In this document: positions 45,552 through 54,547 of the stretch, piece after piece
How the letters are laid out: each line of letters begins with the position of its first letter
Numbering within the stretch: the stretch's first letter is position 1
From: an uncultured Bacteroidales bacterium
Lineage (GTDB): Bacteria; Bacteroidota; Bacteroidia; Bacteroidales; UBA3663
Length of the DNA: 64,000 nucleotides
Direction: 5' to 3'
Assembly (NCBI GenBank): GCA_905235375.1
Contig: CAJOLH010000004.1
Coordinates: 2,133-66,132 of the forward strand
Notes under the pieces: generated by a model
Told to the model about the DNA's origin: nothing
The model's input: the letters and a program-made list of their open reading frames with translations, nothing else
Database searches by the model: none
Made by a program: the position numbers and the translations under genes

Positions 45552-46217
45552 ATGAACCCTAAATATTGGACAAGCATAAAGAATGCCATCAAGAGCTTCT
45601 GGGCTACTAGAAGTTCTGTCGGTGTTCTGCCAGGCAAGCAGCTTGATGACTTTCTGAAACTAATCAAACAAGTAGCTATGGATGCTAGTGTACCTGAGTC
45701 TTGTATATACACCAAAAACAACCGCATCCCAGGTTATTACCGTGCTAGCAAAGACTGGGATCTAATCATAGTCTCTCCACAAAAGAATTTAATTGCCGCA
45801 ATCGAACTGAAATCTCAGGTAGGTTCTTACGGCAACAACTTAAATAATCGCACAGAAGAATCATTAGGTTCTTCGGAAGATTTCTGGACAGCTTTTAGAG
45901 AAAAAGCTTTCCCTTGCAAACAATCGCCCTGGTTGGGATATATGATGTTGGTGGGTAAAGACGAAGACTCCACGCACAAAGTTAAAGTTTCAGAACCTCA
46001 TTTCTCTGTACGTCCTGAATTCAAGGAAGCCACCTATCTTGACAGATATTGTATCTTGTGCCAAAGACTGATTCTCGAGCACAAGTATAACGCAGTGGGG
46101 TTAATCACAACGTCTGGTCCAAATCATTGCGAAAGCATCGCCAACAACATCTCCATCGAATCTTTTCTTGATAGTTTCCGAGGCCATTTATTAGGTTGTG
46201 AAGATGAGTTCAAGTAA
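45552..46217 (+). CDS. type II restriction endonuclease, PD-(D/E)xK fold, XhoI/PaeR7I-like
   Basis: 221 aa. DWDLIIVSPQKNLIAAIELKSQVGSYGNNLNNRTEESLG fits D...ExK and my recollection of the XhoI family signature. Overlaps the downstream methyltransferase gene by 14 nt. Confidence 0.6.
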   Translation: MNPKYWTSIKNAIKSFWATRSSVGVLPGKQLDDFLKLIKQVAMDASVPESCIYTKNNRIPGYYRASKDWDLIIVSPQKNLIAAIELKSQVGSYGNNLNNRTEESLGSSEDFWTAFREKAFPCKQSPWLGYMMLVGKDEDSTHKVKVSEPHFSVRPEFKEATYLDRYCILCQRLILEHKYNAVGLITTSGPNHCESIANNISIESFLDSFRGHLLGCEDEFK

Positions 46218-47805
46218 TCTTATATATGGCAAGCGCACAAATGGAGGACAGCAAGGCGACGTTTTTACACATCCATACGTCGTAAAGTACATGCTGGACA
46301 TGGTCGGTTACAATCCTGACAAGGATTTATCGACCCTATCCATTATGGAGCCATCCTGTGGCGAAGGCGAATTTCTCGTCGAAATCGTGCATCGTCTCCA
46401 GTTGTCTGCCGAGCGTTTTAGCTTTGACTTGAACAAAGCATACCACACATGTATCCATGCCTCAGATATCGATGCCTCGAAGATAAAGAAATGTCTGGAT
46501 CGTCTCAATACCCTCTTTCCATCCATCATTCATCCCGAACAGATTATCAAAACCGAAGATTATCTGCTGAATGACCAGCCCACGGTGGATATTGTAGTAG
46601 GCAATCCTCCCTATATTCGTTACGAACAGATTCCCGAAAACAAGTTGCCTATCTACAAAAAGCTGTTCCCCACATTCTATTATAGGGCAGACATGTACGT
46701 GCTATTCTATGAGAAGTCACTTCGCCAGCTAAAACCACATGGCCGACACTGCTTCATTTGTTCCAATCGCTGGATGCGCAATCAATATGGCAAAGTGCTT
46801 CGCAAGATGGTCGCACAATCCTTCAGAATAGAGAGAATCATCAATATGGAAGGAGCAGATGCCTTCCAAGAAGATGTCTTGGCTTATCCTGCAGTAACGT
46901 TGTTCTCCAACAACAAGCAAAGCGACAGCTATCTTTACGCTGAGATTTCGTCGGTGAGCCAATTACGTAATGAAGAAACAATTGAACGTCCTTGCCCCAA
47001 TGACGAGGATTGGAGCCGTATGTTTGCCAAGGATTCTTTACACGACTTATTCCCACTCATCGAAGAACAGGGGTTCAAGATCGGCATTGGTGTAGCTACA
47101 GGAGCTGATAAAATTTTCATCTCCCATGATTTAAGAGGTAAAATCGAAGACTCTCTACTTCTGCCTGCGATACATGGGCAAGACCTCCGAGCCAATAAAA
47201 TGAACTGGAATGGGAGGATGCTATTCAATCCCTACGACAAAAATGGGGAGCTCATCAACCTTGACTCCTACCCTCTTTGCAAATCATATCTGGAGAGTCA
47301 TCGCAAAGCATTATCAAATCGGGCCAAGGCAAAGCACAACCCATCCAAGTGGTATGGAACCATTGATAGAATCTATCCTGCCCTCCAACATGAAGCCAAG
47401 ATACTTCTGCCTGATATTTCGGGCAATTCCTTCATTTTTATTGATGAGGGTAACTATTATCCGCTACACAATATATATTATATCATTGGTGGCACGACAA
47501 AACAACTCTATCTGTTGGCAGCTATTCTGATGTCTGATTTTGCACGCGGTCAGCTTGCAAGCCTTACCAATCACATGAATGGAGGCTATCCTCGCTGGCA
47601 GAGTCAATACCTCAAGAAGTTGAGGATTCCTGTTATTAATTCTATTCCCAAGGATCTTGCTGACAAGCTTCTACATTCATACCGAACACGAAATAATGAC
47701 GAAATCAATTATTATGTTTCTCTAATAATCGAGAATGGCAAGCAAGACTCAAAAGGAAGAATACACAGAAAAAAACCGATGCAGTTGCAATTAGTTTTTG
47801 ATTGA
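46204..47805 (+). CDS. N6-adenine DNA methyltransferase (gamma class)
   Basis: The ATG at 46204 gives MSSSNLIYGK. The SAM motif I EPSCGEGEF precedes the catalytic motif IV VVGNPPYI. At about 533 aa, its size is similar to M.PaeR7I/M.XhoI. Confidence 0.85.
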   Translation: MSSSNLIYGKRTNGGQQGDVFTHPYVVKYMLDMVGYNPDKDLSTLSIMEPSCGEGEFLVEIVHRLQLSAERFSFDLNKAYHTCIHASDIDASKIKKCLDRLNTLFPSIIHPEQIIKTEDYLLNDQPTVDIVVGNPPYIRYEQIPENKLPIYKKLFPTFYYRADMYVLFYEKSLRQLKPHGRHCFICSNRWMRNQYGKVLRKMVAQSFRIERIINMEGADAFQEDVLAYPAVTLFSNNKQSDSYLYAEISSVSQLRNEETIERPCPNDEDWSRMFAKDSLHDLFPLIEEQGFKIGIGVATGADKIFISHDLRGKIEDSLLLPAIHGQDLRANKMNWNGRMLFNPYDKNGELINLDSYPLCKSYLESHRKALSNRAKAKHNPSKWYGTIDRIYPALQHEAKILLPDISGNSFIFIDEGNYYPLHNIYYIIGGTTKQLYLLAAILMSDFARGQLASLTNHMNGGYPRWQSQYLKKLRIPVINSIPKDLADKLLHSYRTRNNDEINYYVSLIIENGKQDSKGRIHRKKPMQLQLVFD

Positions 47806-48024
47806 ATAGTAAAATTTCTCGCAGACGCAGTCAAGACCCATCAGGGTTAAGACCAAAAGCCCGTTTCCGCCCAGCATGCAGACAAGGAAAAGCAGGGTTA
47901 ACTCATACAAGTAAAGTCCTGCCAGGGTTAAGACGAGAAGTAGTAAACTCTTTGTAGGGGTAAAGTCTAATTCCAGTCAAGTTATTTCAGGGAACTACAG
48001 AAGAATTCTTCTTATTTTCGAAGC

Positions 48025-48490
48025 ATGACCATTTTGCGCCAAGATTGGGTATTCTTCAATCGCGGCATACCCTTTCTTGGCCAACTTTGGTTATGCTCCA
48101 AACGGATAAAGCACTCTAACGGCCGACAGAGTGCTTTTTCCAACCGAGGAATACCCTTTTTTAGCCGAAATTGGTCATGCTCCTGTCGCGGCATACCCTT
48201 TCCTGGCCAACTTTGGTTATGCTCCAAACGGAAAAAGCACTCTGACGGCCGACAGAGTGCTTTATCCAAACGAGGAATACCCTTTCTTGGCCGAAATTGG
48301 TTATGCTTCTGTCGCTGCATACCCTTTCTTTGCCAACTTTGGTTATGCCCCAAACGGAAAAAGCACTCTGACGGCCGACAGAGTGCTTTTTCCAACCGAG
48401 GCATACCCTTTCTTGGCCGAAATTGGTCATGCTCCAATCACGGCATACACTTTTTTGGCCAAGATTGGTTATGCTCCAAACGACGACTGT
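48025..48490 (+). repeat. tandem array, 126-bp period (3 x 42-bp subunits), about 3.7 units
   Basis: Unit starts are at 48061, 48187, 48313 and 48439. Each full unit has GCACTCTG-ACGGCCGA-CAGAGTGC flanked by an A-run and a T-run. Confidence 0.95.
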
Positions 48491-48494
48491 ATTT

Positions 48495-48575
48495 CGAACA
48501 CGAATAGCACGAATCATACGAATAAAAAGAAAGTTTTGATAAAACTTATTCGAAAGATTCGATAGATTCGTGTTC
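48495..48575. repeat. word hairpin (ACGAAT words) between the tandem array and the DPP-IV stop
   Basis: CGAACACGAATAGCACGAATCATACGAAT faces ATTCGAAAGATTCGATAGATTCGTGTTC. Confidence 0.75.
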
Positions 48576-48649
48576 CTTCCCCAACAATACTAAGCTTCAA
48601 GCATCAGCATTATACGTTTTTGGGAGCAGCGAAAAGTCTCTCAGATAAG

Positions 48650-50908
48650 TCAGAGGTTCTTCTTGAAGTAAGAGCAGACTTTCTTGTAGATGTGGACGTT
48701 GCTGTTGCCGCCTTGGATGAAGTGATTGCGGTTGGTATAGACCATCATGTCGAAATCGAGGTCATTCTGGACGAAAGCTTCTGCCACTTCGTAGGTGTTC
48801 TGTGGATGCACATTGTCGTCGGCTGTGCCTGTGACGATGAGCAGCTGGCCCTTGAGATCCTGGGCGCGACTCAGGACGGAGCTCTTGCGATAGCCTTCGG
48901 CATTCTGCTGCGGTGTGCGCATGAAACGCTCGGTATAGATGGTGTCGTAGAACTTGAAGTCGGTGACGGGAGCCACTGCCACACCTGCCTTGAAGACATC
49001 GTTGCCGCCACACATCGTCATCAGCGTATTGTAACCGCCGAAGCTCCAGCCCCAAATGCCGATACGACTGGCATCGACGTAGGGCAGCGAAGCAGCATAA
49101 CGACCAGCGGAGAGCTGATCTTCAGCTTCACGCACACCTAATTCGCAATAGACCTGACGCTCCCACTGCGCACCGCGACATGCCGTGCCTCGGCCATCGA
49201 CGGTCAAAGCTACAAAACCCTCCTGTGCTAAATACATCGGGAAGCCGAACTCCCAACGGTCTAGCACCTCCTGCGAGCCAGGGCCACCGTATTGCTCGAG
49301 CACACACGGAGCCTTGCCGCTGACATTGTTCGGACGGATGACATAGCCATTGAGCTTGTCGCCACGTTCGGTGGTCATCTGGAAGAACTCACGCTTGGGC
49401 TGACCAGCCACTTCCTTGCGAAGAGCGGCATTGTCCTCCAAGGTCTTAATGACCTTCAGCGTCTGCACACTTTCGAGCGTGACGCGGGTGGGCGTTTCGG
49501 CATCACTGTAGTAGTGCTGCATATAGATGAAGCCACGGCTGAAGGCTGCACTGTGCGTACCTCGGCAACCTGCCCCATCACGTCCGCCATTGAAGAGAGG
49601 CACCATCACACCCTTGGCGTCAATCTTATAGATGCCACGGGTCAGTTCGGAGGGGACTGACGAGCCCTTGCCGACGTAAGCCACCTGCACGTAGGCGCAA
49701 CGCGAAACGGGGTCGTAGCCATAGACGTTGGTCAGGTCGAAATTGCCCTTGGTGAGCTGACGCTGCTGCTGACCCAACATATTATAATAATATAGGTGTC
49801 GCCAACCCGACCGTTCGCTGGCAAAGGTGAAGCCATTCTCGTCGAACTGGATGGCATCGAGGTCAGCCTCGGCGATATACTGGTCGTTGGTGTCCTCAAG
49901 GATGAGCTTGGATACGCCACTGCGGGGATTGACGAAATAGAGTGACAGCTTGTTCTGCAGGCGGTTCATGGTCACAACTGCCAGCTTTTCCTCGTCCTTG
50001 GTGAACTGGATGCGCGGGATGTAGCCATCAGCATCAACGGGCACTTTGAGTTGATTGAGTTTCTTCGTATAGACATCGTATGACCAGGCAGAGATCTTGG
50101 AATTTACTTCGCCTGCCACGGGATATTTATAGACATACTGACCCGGGTAGAACTCATACTCGGGGTGTTCGGGGAACTGGCCCTTGTAGGTGGGCAGGTA
50201 ATATTCCTTCACGTCGCTCTCGTCCCACTTGAGGAAGCAGAACGTCTTCGAGTCGGGACTCCAGGCAATCGCCCTGTCCATCGAAAACTCCTCCTCATAG
50301 ACCCAGTCGGGCACACCGTTGATGATCTTGTTGCGCGCACCGTCGTCGGTCACTTGCCGCTCGGCGAGGTCGATGCCTGCCGACATCACGCGCACATAGA
50401 AGAGATTGTTGTCGCGCATGAAGACGAGCTGACGACCGTCGGGAGCCATCGTCACCGCCTGCACCTTGCCTTCGGTGAGACGCTTGAAGGTCTGACGACG
50501 CACGCCACTGGCTTCGATGACATAGTAGAAATAGTCGGCCTTGTAGCTACGGCGATAGATCGACTCACGATTGCTCCACACGAGGAGACGTTCCTCGTCC
50601 TGTGAGAGTTCGTAGCCCGAAATCCTGAGTTTGCTGACGTCGAGCCCCTCTTCGGGCTTCACCTTGTTGAGATTGAGCAGCGTATCGACGGCGTGACCGT
50701 TGCTGTACTGATATTTTACGATGGCACGACCATCGGCTGTGATGGCGGTGTAATGCTTGCCGTCAGCTGTGCTACGGAAAGCAGGCACACTGTTGCCGCG
50801 ATAATGTCCACCACGGACAGCTTCCACCGTGATAGGTTCAGCTGCATTGGCTGCAACCGAAAAGGTCATGACAATCAAGCCAACGAGCAAAGAAAGATGC
50901 TTTTTCAT
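48650..50908 (-). CDS. dipeptidyl-peptidase IV (S9B prolyl oligopeptidase family)
   Basis: The ATG at 50908 gives MKKHLSLLVGLIVMTFSVAANA. N-terminal beta-propeller, nucleophile elbow GWSFGGY, and GTADDNVH near the C-terminus. Confidence 0.88.
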   Translation of the reverse strand: MKKHLSLLVGLIVMTFSVAANAAEPITVEAVRGGHYRGNSVPAFRSTADGKHYTAITADGRAIVKYQYSNGHAVDTLLNLNKVKPEEGLDVSKLRISGYELSQDEERLLVWSNRESIYRRSYKADYFYYVIEASGVRRQTFKRLTEGKVQAVTMAPDGRQLVFMRDNNLFYVRVMSAGIDLAERQVTDDGARNKIINGVPDWVYEEEFSMDRAIAWSPDSKTFCFLKWDESDVKEYYLPTYKGQFPEHPEYEFYPGQYVYKYPVAGEVNSKISAWSYDVYTKKLNQLKVPVDADGYIPRIQFTKDEEKLAVVTMNRLQNKLSLYFVNPRSGVSKLILEDTNDQYIAEADLDAIQFDENGFTFASERSGWRHLYYYNMLGQQQRQLTKGNFDLTNVYGYDPVSRCAYVQVAYVGKGSSVPSELTRGIYKIDAKGVMVPLFNGGRDGAGCRGTHSAAFSRGFIYMQHYYSDAETPTRVTLESVQTLKVIKTLEDNAALRKEVAGQPKREFFQMTTERGDKLNGYVIRPNNVSGKAPCVLEQYGGPGSQEVLDRWEFGFPMYLAQEGFVALTVDGRGTACRGAQWERQVYCELGVREAEDQLSAGRYAASLPYVDASRIGIWGWSFGGYNTLMTMCGGNDVFKAGVAVAPVTDFKFYDTIYTERFMRTPQQNAEGYRKSSVLSRAQDLKGQLLIVTGTADDNVHPQNTYEVAEAFVQNDLDFDMMVYTNRNHFIQGGNSNVHIYKKVCSYFKKNL

Positions 50909-50909
50909 A

Positions 50910-52127
50910 TCAATCCATTCTATTTTTATAATCTTCGTAATTGTATTCACGCAAAATATCAATTGAACCATCCTCTCGGAAGAAAGCGATGGCGGGATGG
51001 GCAACACCATTGAACGTATGCGTCTTGACCGTAGTGTAGTGGATCATGTCCTCGAAGAGGATATATTCGCCCACCTGCAACTGGTGGTCGAAACGCCAGG
51101 AGCCGAGGAAGTCGCCGCTCAAGCAACTGTTGCCTCCCAAGCGATAGACATATCCACGACCATCGGCATCGTCAATCACGCCATGGTCGGCTGCTGCATC
51201 GTCGGCTGCCGACAGTGGCAGCGACTGCGCACCACGCACTGCCGGCTGATAAGGCATCTCCAGGCAGTCGGGCATGTGACAGGCGAAAGAGACATTGAGA
51301 ATAGCCGTCAGTATGCCATGATTCTCGACGACATCGACCACCTGACTCAGCAACGGGCCGGTCTGCCAGGCAAAGGCACTGCCCGGTTCAAGGATAATCT
51401 TGAGCCAAGGATAGCGCTGGCGCAAGCCTCGGAGCAGACCAACGAGATGACGCGTGTCGTAATCCCTGCGCGTCATCAGATGACCTCCGCCCAGATTGAG
51501 CCACTTAATCTGCGGGAACCACTTCGAGAACTTGTCCTCAAGGTGTGCCAAGGTTCTTTCCAGTGTGTAGGAGTCGTCCTCGCAATGGCAATGGCAATGG
51601 AAGCCTTCTAAGCCTTTGGGAAGTTCGGCAGGAAGGTCATCAGCGAGGACACCGAACCTCGACCCGGGAGCACAAGGATTATAGATGGCGGTTTCGATCT
51701 CGCTATATTCCGGATTGACCCTTATTCCACACGACGCCTTCCCCTTTGCCATGGGATAGAAACGGCTGAACTGGGCCATGGAATTGAAGGTGATGTGCCC
51801 CGAACAACGCAGGATCTCGGCGAAGTTCTCATCCGTATAGGCAGGGCTGTAGGTGTGAGCAGGCGATCCGAACTCCTCGAAGGCAAGACGCGCCTCCCAC
51901 ACCGACGACGCCGTGGTGTGACTGATGTATTCGCGAAAGACGGGAAACGTACGCCAGAGGGCATACGCCTTGAAGGCAAGGATGATCTCCACCCCCGCTT
52001 CGGTCGCCACATCACGAATCAGCGAAAGGTTCCTGCGCAGCAATTTCTCTTCAAGGATATAGCAGGGTGAAGGGAAACGACGATAGTCCGACTCACGGAG
52101 ATAAGATTCGATGGAATTATGAATCAT
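50910..52127 (-). CDS. nspC: carboxynorspermidine/carboxyspermidine decarboxylase
   Basis: 405 aa. PCYILEEKLLRRNL...ILAFKAY...GGNSCLSGD pattern of the NspC group of PLP decarboxylases. The stop lies 1 nt upstream of the DPP-IV start. Confidence 0.8.
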   Translation of the reverse strand: MIHNSIESYLRESDYRRFPSPCYILEEKLLRRNLSLIRDVATEAGVEIILAFKAYALWRTFPVFREYISHTTASSVWEARLAFEEFGSPAHTYSPAYTDENFAEILRCSGHITFNSMAQFSRFYPMAKGKASCGIRVNPEYSEIETAIYNPCAPGSRFGVLADDLPAELPKGLEGFHCHCHCEDDSYTLERTLAHLEDKFSKWFPQIKWLNLGGGHLMTRRDYDTRHLVGLLRGLRQRYPWLKIILEPGSAFAWQTGPLLSQVVDVVENHGILTAILNVSFACHMPDCLEMPYQPAVRGAQSLPLSAADDAAADHGVIDDADGRGYVYRLGGNSCLSGDFLGSWRFDHQLQVGEYILFEDMIHYTTVKTHTFNGVAHPAIAFFREDGSIDILREYNYEDYKNRMD

Positions 52128-52226
52128 CTTGGGTCTTATAGGTTGTATTTCGGCTGCAAAGTTAGGAAATTATTCCCACATTTTAAAATATTTGTCCAAA
52201 TATTTCGCCATCTTGCAAAAAAAAAC

Positions 52227-52234
52227 TATCTTTG
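52227..52234 (+). promoter_or_regulatory. -7 box TATCTTTG for speA
   Basis: Lies about 90 nt upstream of the 52323 start. Confidence 0.5.
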
Positions 52235-52322
52235 CACCCGCAAAAATATTTGATATTTGCATCTCCCTGCTAATGGTTGCGGGGTTTATGTTGAACGGAT
52301 AATTGTAAAATTGTAAATTCAG

Positions 52323-54221
52323 ATGAAGAAATGGCATATTGAGGACTCTGCGGAGCTCTACAATATTCATGGATGGGGTGTCAACTATTTTGACATCAAC
52401 GAGAAGGGGCACGTAGTGGTTACCCCGAAGAAGGACGGTGTGCAGGTGGATCTGCGCGAAGTGATGGACGAGCTGGCGCTGCGCGACATTCAGGCGCCGG
52501 TGCTGCTGCGTTTCCCCGACATTCTCGACAACCGCATCGAGCGAATGTCGCAATGCTTCCAGCGAGCTGCCGAGGAGTACGGCTACAAGGGGGAATGTTT
52601 CACCGTCTATCCCATCAAGGTCAATCAGATGCAGCCCGTCGTCTCGGAGATGGTGAGCCACGGCAAGAAGTTCAACCTGGGACTGGAGGCGGGCTCGAAA
52701 CCCGAGCTGCACGCCGTCATTGCCGCCTGCACCGACTACGACTCCATCATCATCTGCAACGGCTACAAGGACGAATCGTTTGTCGAGCTAGCCCTGCTTG
52801 CCCAGAAGATGGGCAAACGGATCTTCATCGTTGCCGAAAAACTCAACGAGCTCGAAACCATCAACCAAATTGCCAAGCGCCTGAATGTGCATCCTAACAT
52901 TGGCATACGCATCAAACTGGCCTCATCGGGTTCGGGCAAATGGGAGGAGTCGGGCGGCGATGCCTCGAAGTTCGGATTGACCAGTTCCGAACTGCTCGAA
53001 GCCGTCGAATACCTGGAATCGCATGGATTGAAAGACTGCCTGAAGCTCATTCACTTCCACATCGGCTCACAAGTCACCAACATCCGCTATGTCAAGACCG
53101 CCATCCGCGAAGCCTCACAGTTCTATGTGCAGCTCCGCAAGATGGGCTACGACGTGGAGTTTGTAGATGCTGGAGGCGGACTGGGTGTAGATTACGACGG
53201 CACACGCAGCGCCTCGAACTGCTCGTCGGTGAACTATTCGATCCAAGAGTACATCAACGACATCATGTACCAGATCATGGACGCGGCCGACAAGAACGAA
53301 CTGCCCCACCCCAATATCATCACCGAGTCGGGACGTTCGTTGTCGGCCCACCATTCGATACTCGTCATGGAGGTACTCGAGACTGCCACACTGCCCGAGA
53401 TGCCCGAAGAGTGGGAAGTAGGACCCGAAGACCACGAACTGGTGAAGGAACTGTACGAGATATGGGACACCCTGACACAGCGATCGGCCCTTGAGTCGTG
53501 GCACGATGCCCAGCAGATACGCGACGAAGTGCTCCAACTCTTCAGCCACGGCATCATTGACCTGAAGACACGCGCACAGATCGAAAAACTCTTCTGGAGT
53601 GTCACACGCGAAATCAACAATCTCATTTCGGGCATGAAGCGTGTGCCCGAAGAGCTGCACAACATCCCGAAGCTCCTTGCCGACAAGTACTACTGCAACT
53701 TCTCGCTTTTCCAATCGCTGCCCGACATGTGGTCCATCGACCAGATATTCCCCATCATGCCCATCCAGCGTCTGAACGAGAAGCCTGACCGCAAAGCTAC
53801 GCTGCAGGACATGACGTGCGACTCGGATGGAAAGGTGCAGAGCTACATTGCCGAAAACCAGATCGTCAATGCCATGCCAATCCATTCGCTCAGGAAGAAC
53901 GAGAAGTATTACCTCGGCGTATTCTTAGTGGGAGCATACCAGGAGATCTTAGGTGACCTCCATAACCTTTTCGGCGACACCAACGCCGTGCATATCACGG
54001 TCAACAAGAACGGCTACGAGATAGACCGAACCATCGATGGAGAAACCGTACAGGATGTGCTGCGATGGGTGGAGTACGACACCAAGAAAATGGTTCGCAT
54101 CCTGGAGACCTGGGTCACCAAATCGGTCAAGACGGGCAGCATCACGCTCGAAGAAGGCAAGGAGTTCCTCAACAACTACCGAAACGGTCTGTACGGATAC
54201 ACTTACCTCGAAAGAGACTAA
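52323..54221 (+). CDS. speA: biosynthetic arginine decarboxylase
   Basis: 632 aa. The N-terminus WHIEDSAELYNIHGWGVNYFDINEKGHVVV and the YPIKVNQ, GLEAGSKPEL and GGGLGVDYDG motifs are typical SpeA. Confidence 0.92.
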   Translation: MKKWHIEDSAELYNIHGWGVNYFDINEKGHVVVTPKKDGVQVDLREVMDELALRDIQAPVLLRFPDILDNRIERMSQCFQRAAEEYGYKGECFTVYPIKVNQMQPVVSEMVSHGKKFNLGLEAGSKPELHAVIAACTDYDSIIICNGYKDESFVELALLAQKMGKRIFIVAEKLNELETINQIAKRLNVHPNIGIRIKLASSGSGKWEESGGDASKFGLTSSELLEAVEYLESHGLKDCLKLIHFHIGSQVTNIRYVKTAIREASQFYVQLRKMGYDVEFVDAGGGLGVDYDGTRSASNCSSVNYSIQEYINDIMYQIMDAADKNELPHPNIITESGRSLSAHHSILVMEVLETATLPEMPEEWEVGPEDHELVKELYEIWDTLTQRSALESWHDAQQIRDEVLQLFSHGIIDLKTRAQIEKLFWSVTREINNLISGMKRVPEELHNIPKLLADKYYCNFSLFQSLPDMWSIDQIFPIMPIQRLNEKPDRKATLQDMTCDSDGKVQSYIAENQIVNAMPIHSLRKNEKYYLGVFLVGAYQEILGDLHNLFGDTNAVHITVNKNGYEIDRTIDGETVQDVLRWVEYDTKKMVRILETWVTKSVKTGSITLEEGKEFLNNYRNGLYGYTYLERD

Positions 54222-54247
54222 ACTAATAACATTACCCTGATAAAAGC

Positions 54248-54285
54248 GAAATGCAATCGTCATCACGACGACTGCATTTCTTTTT
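54248..54285 (+). terminator. intrinsic terminator of speA
   Basis: GAAATGCAATCGTC-ATCAC-GACGACTGCATTTC followed by TTTTT. Confidence 0.7.
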
Positions 54286-54547
54286 GCCTTAATAATTAAT
54301 TACACATACAATTTGCTATTCACTAATTAAGAGTAATAACCTTTATAAAGATTTATAAAGAATTGCTTCAAAATCACGGTGCAAAGATACACGTATTTTG
54401 TTAAGTTGCCAAATAATTTTGTAACATCAATCTTTTGTATTGTTCCATAAATTGAAAAAAATACAATTTTTATATAATTCTGGCAGAAACAAAGCCATTT
54501 TTGACAAAAAAAAGGACGTTTTAGACAAAATCAAGAACGATTGCAAC

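Noticed and set aside
46074-46079. CTCGAG site avoidance as support for the XhoI/PaeR7I specificity call.
   Set aside because: CTCGAG is present at least at 8641, 8863, 46074 (inside the R gene), 49295 and 53376. I did not scan exhaustively and a 64-kb sample is too small, so there is no conclusion either way.
48025-48490. Possible CRISPR array (regularly spaced box of about 33 nt).
   Set aside because: The sequences between the boxes repeat as well, so the whole 126-bp unit is what repeats. There are no unique spacers, no leader and no cas genes in the window.
50908-52322. nspC/speA/DPP-IV as an unusual polyamine cluster.
   Set aside because: Divergent speA and nspC is an ordinary arrangement for the carboxyspermidine route. 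The missing dehydrogenase may simply lie outside the window. The nspC-DPP-IV juxtaposition gives no functional signal on its own.
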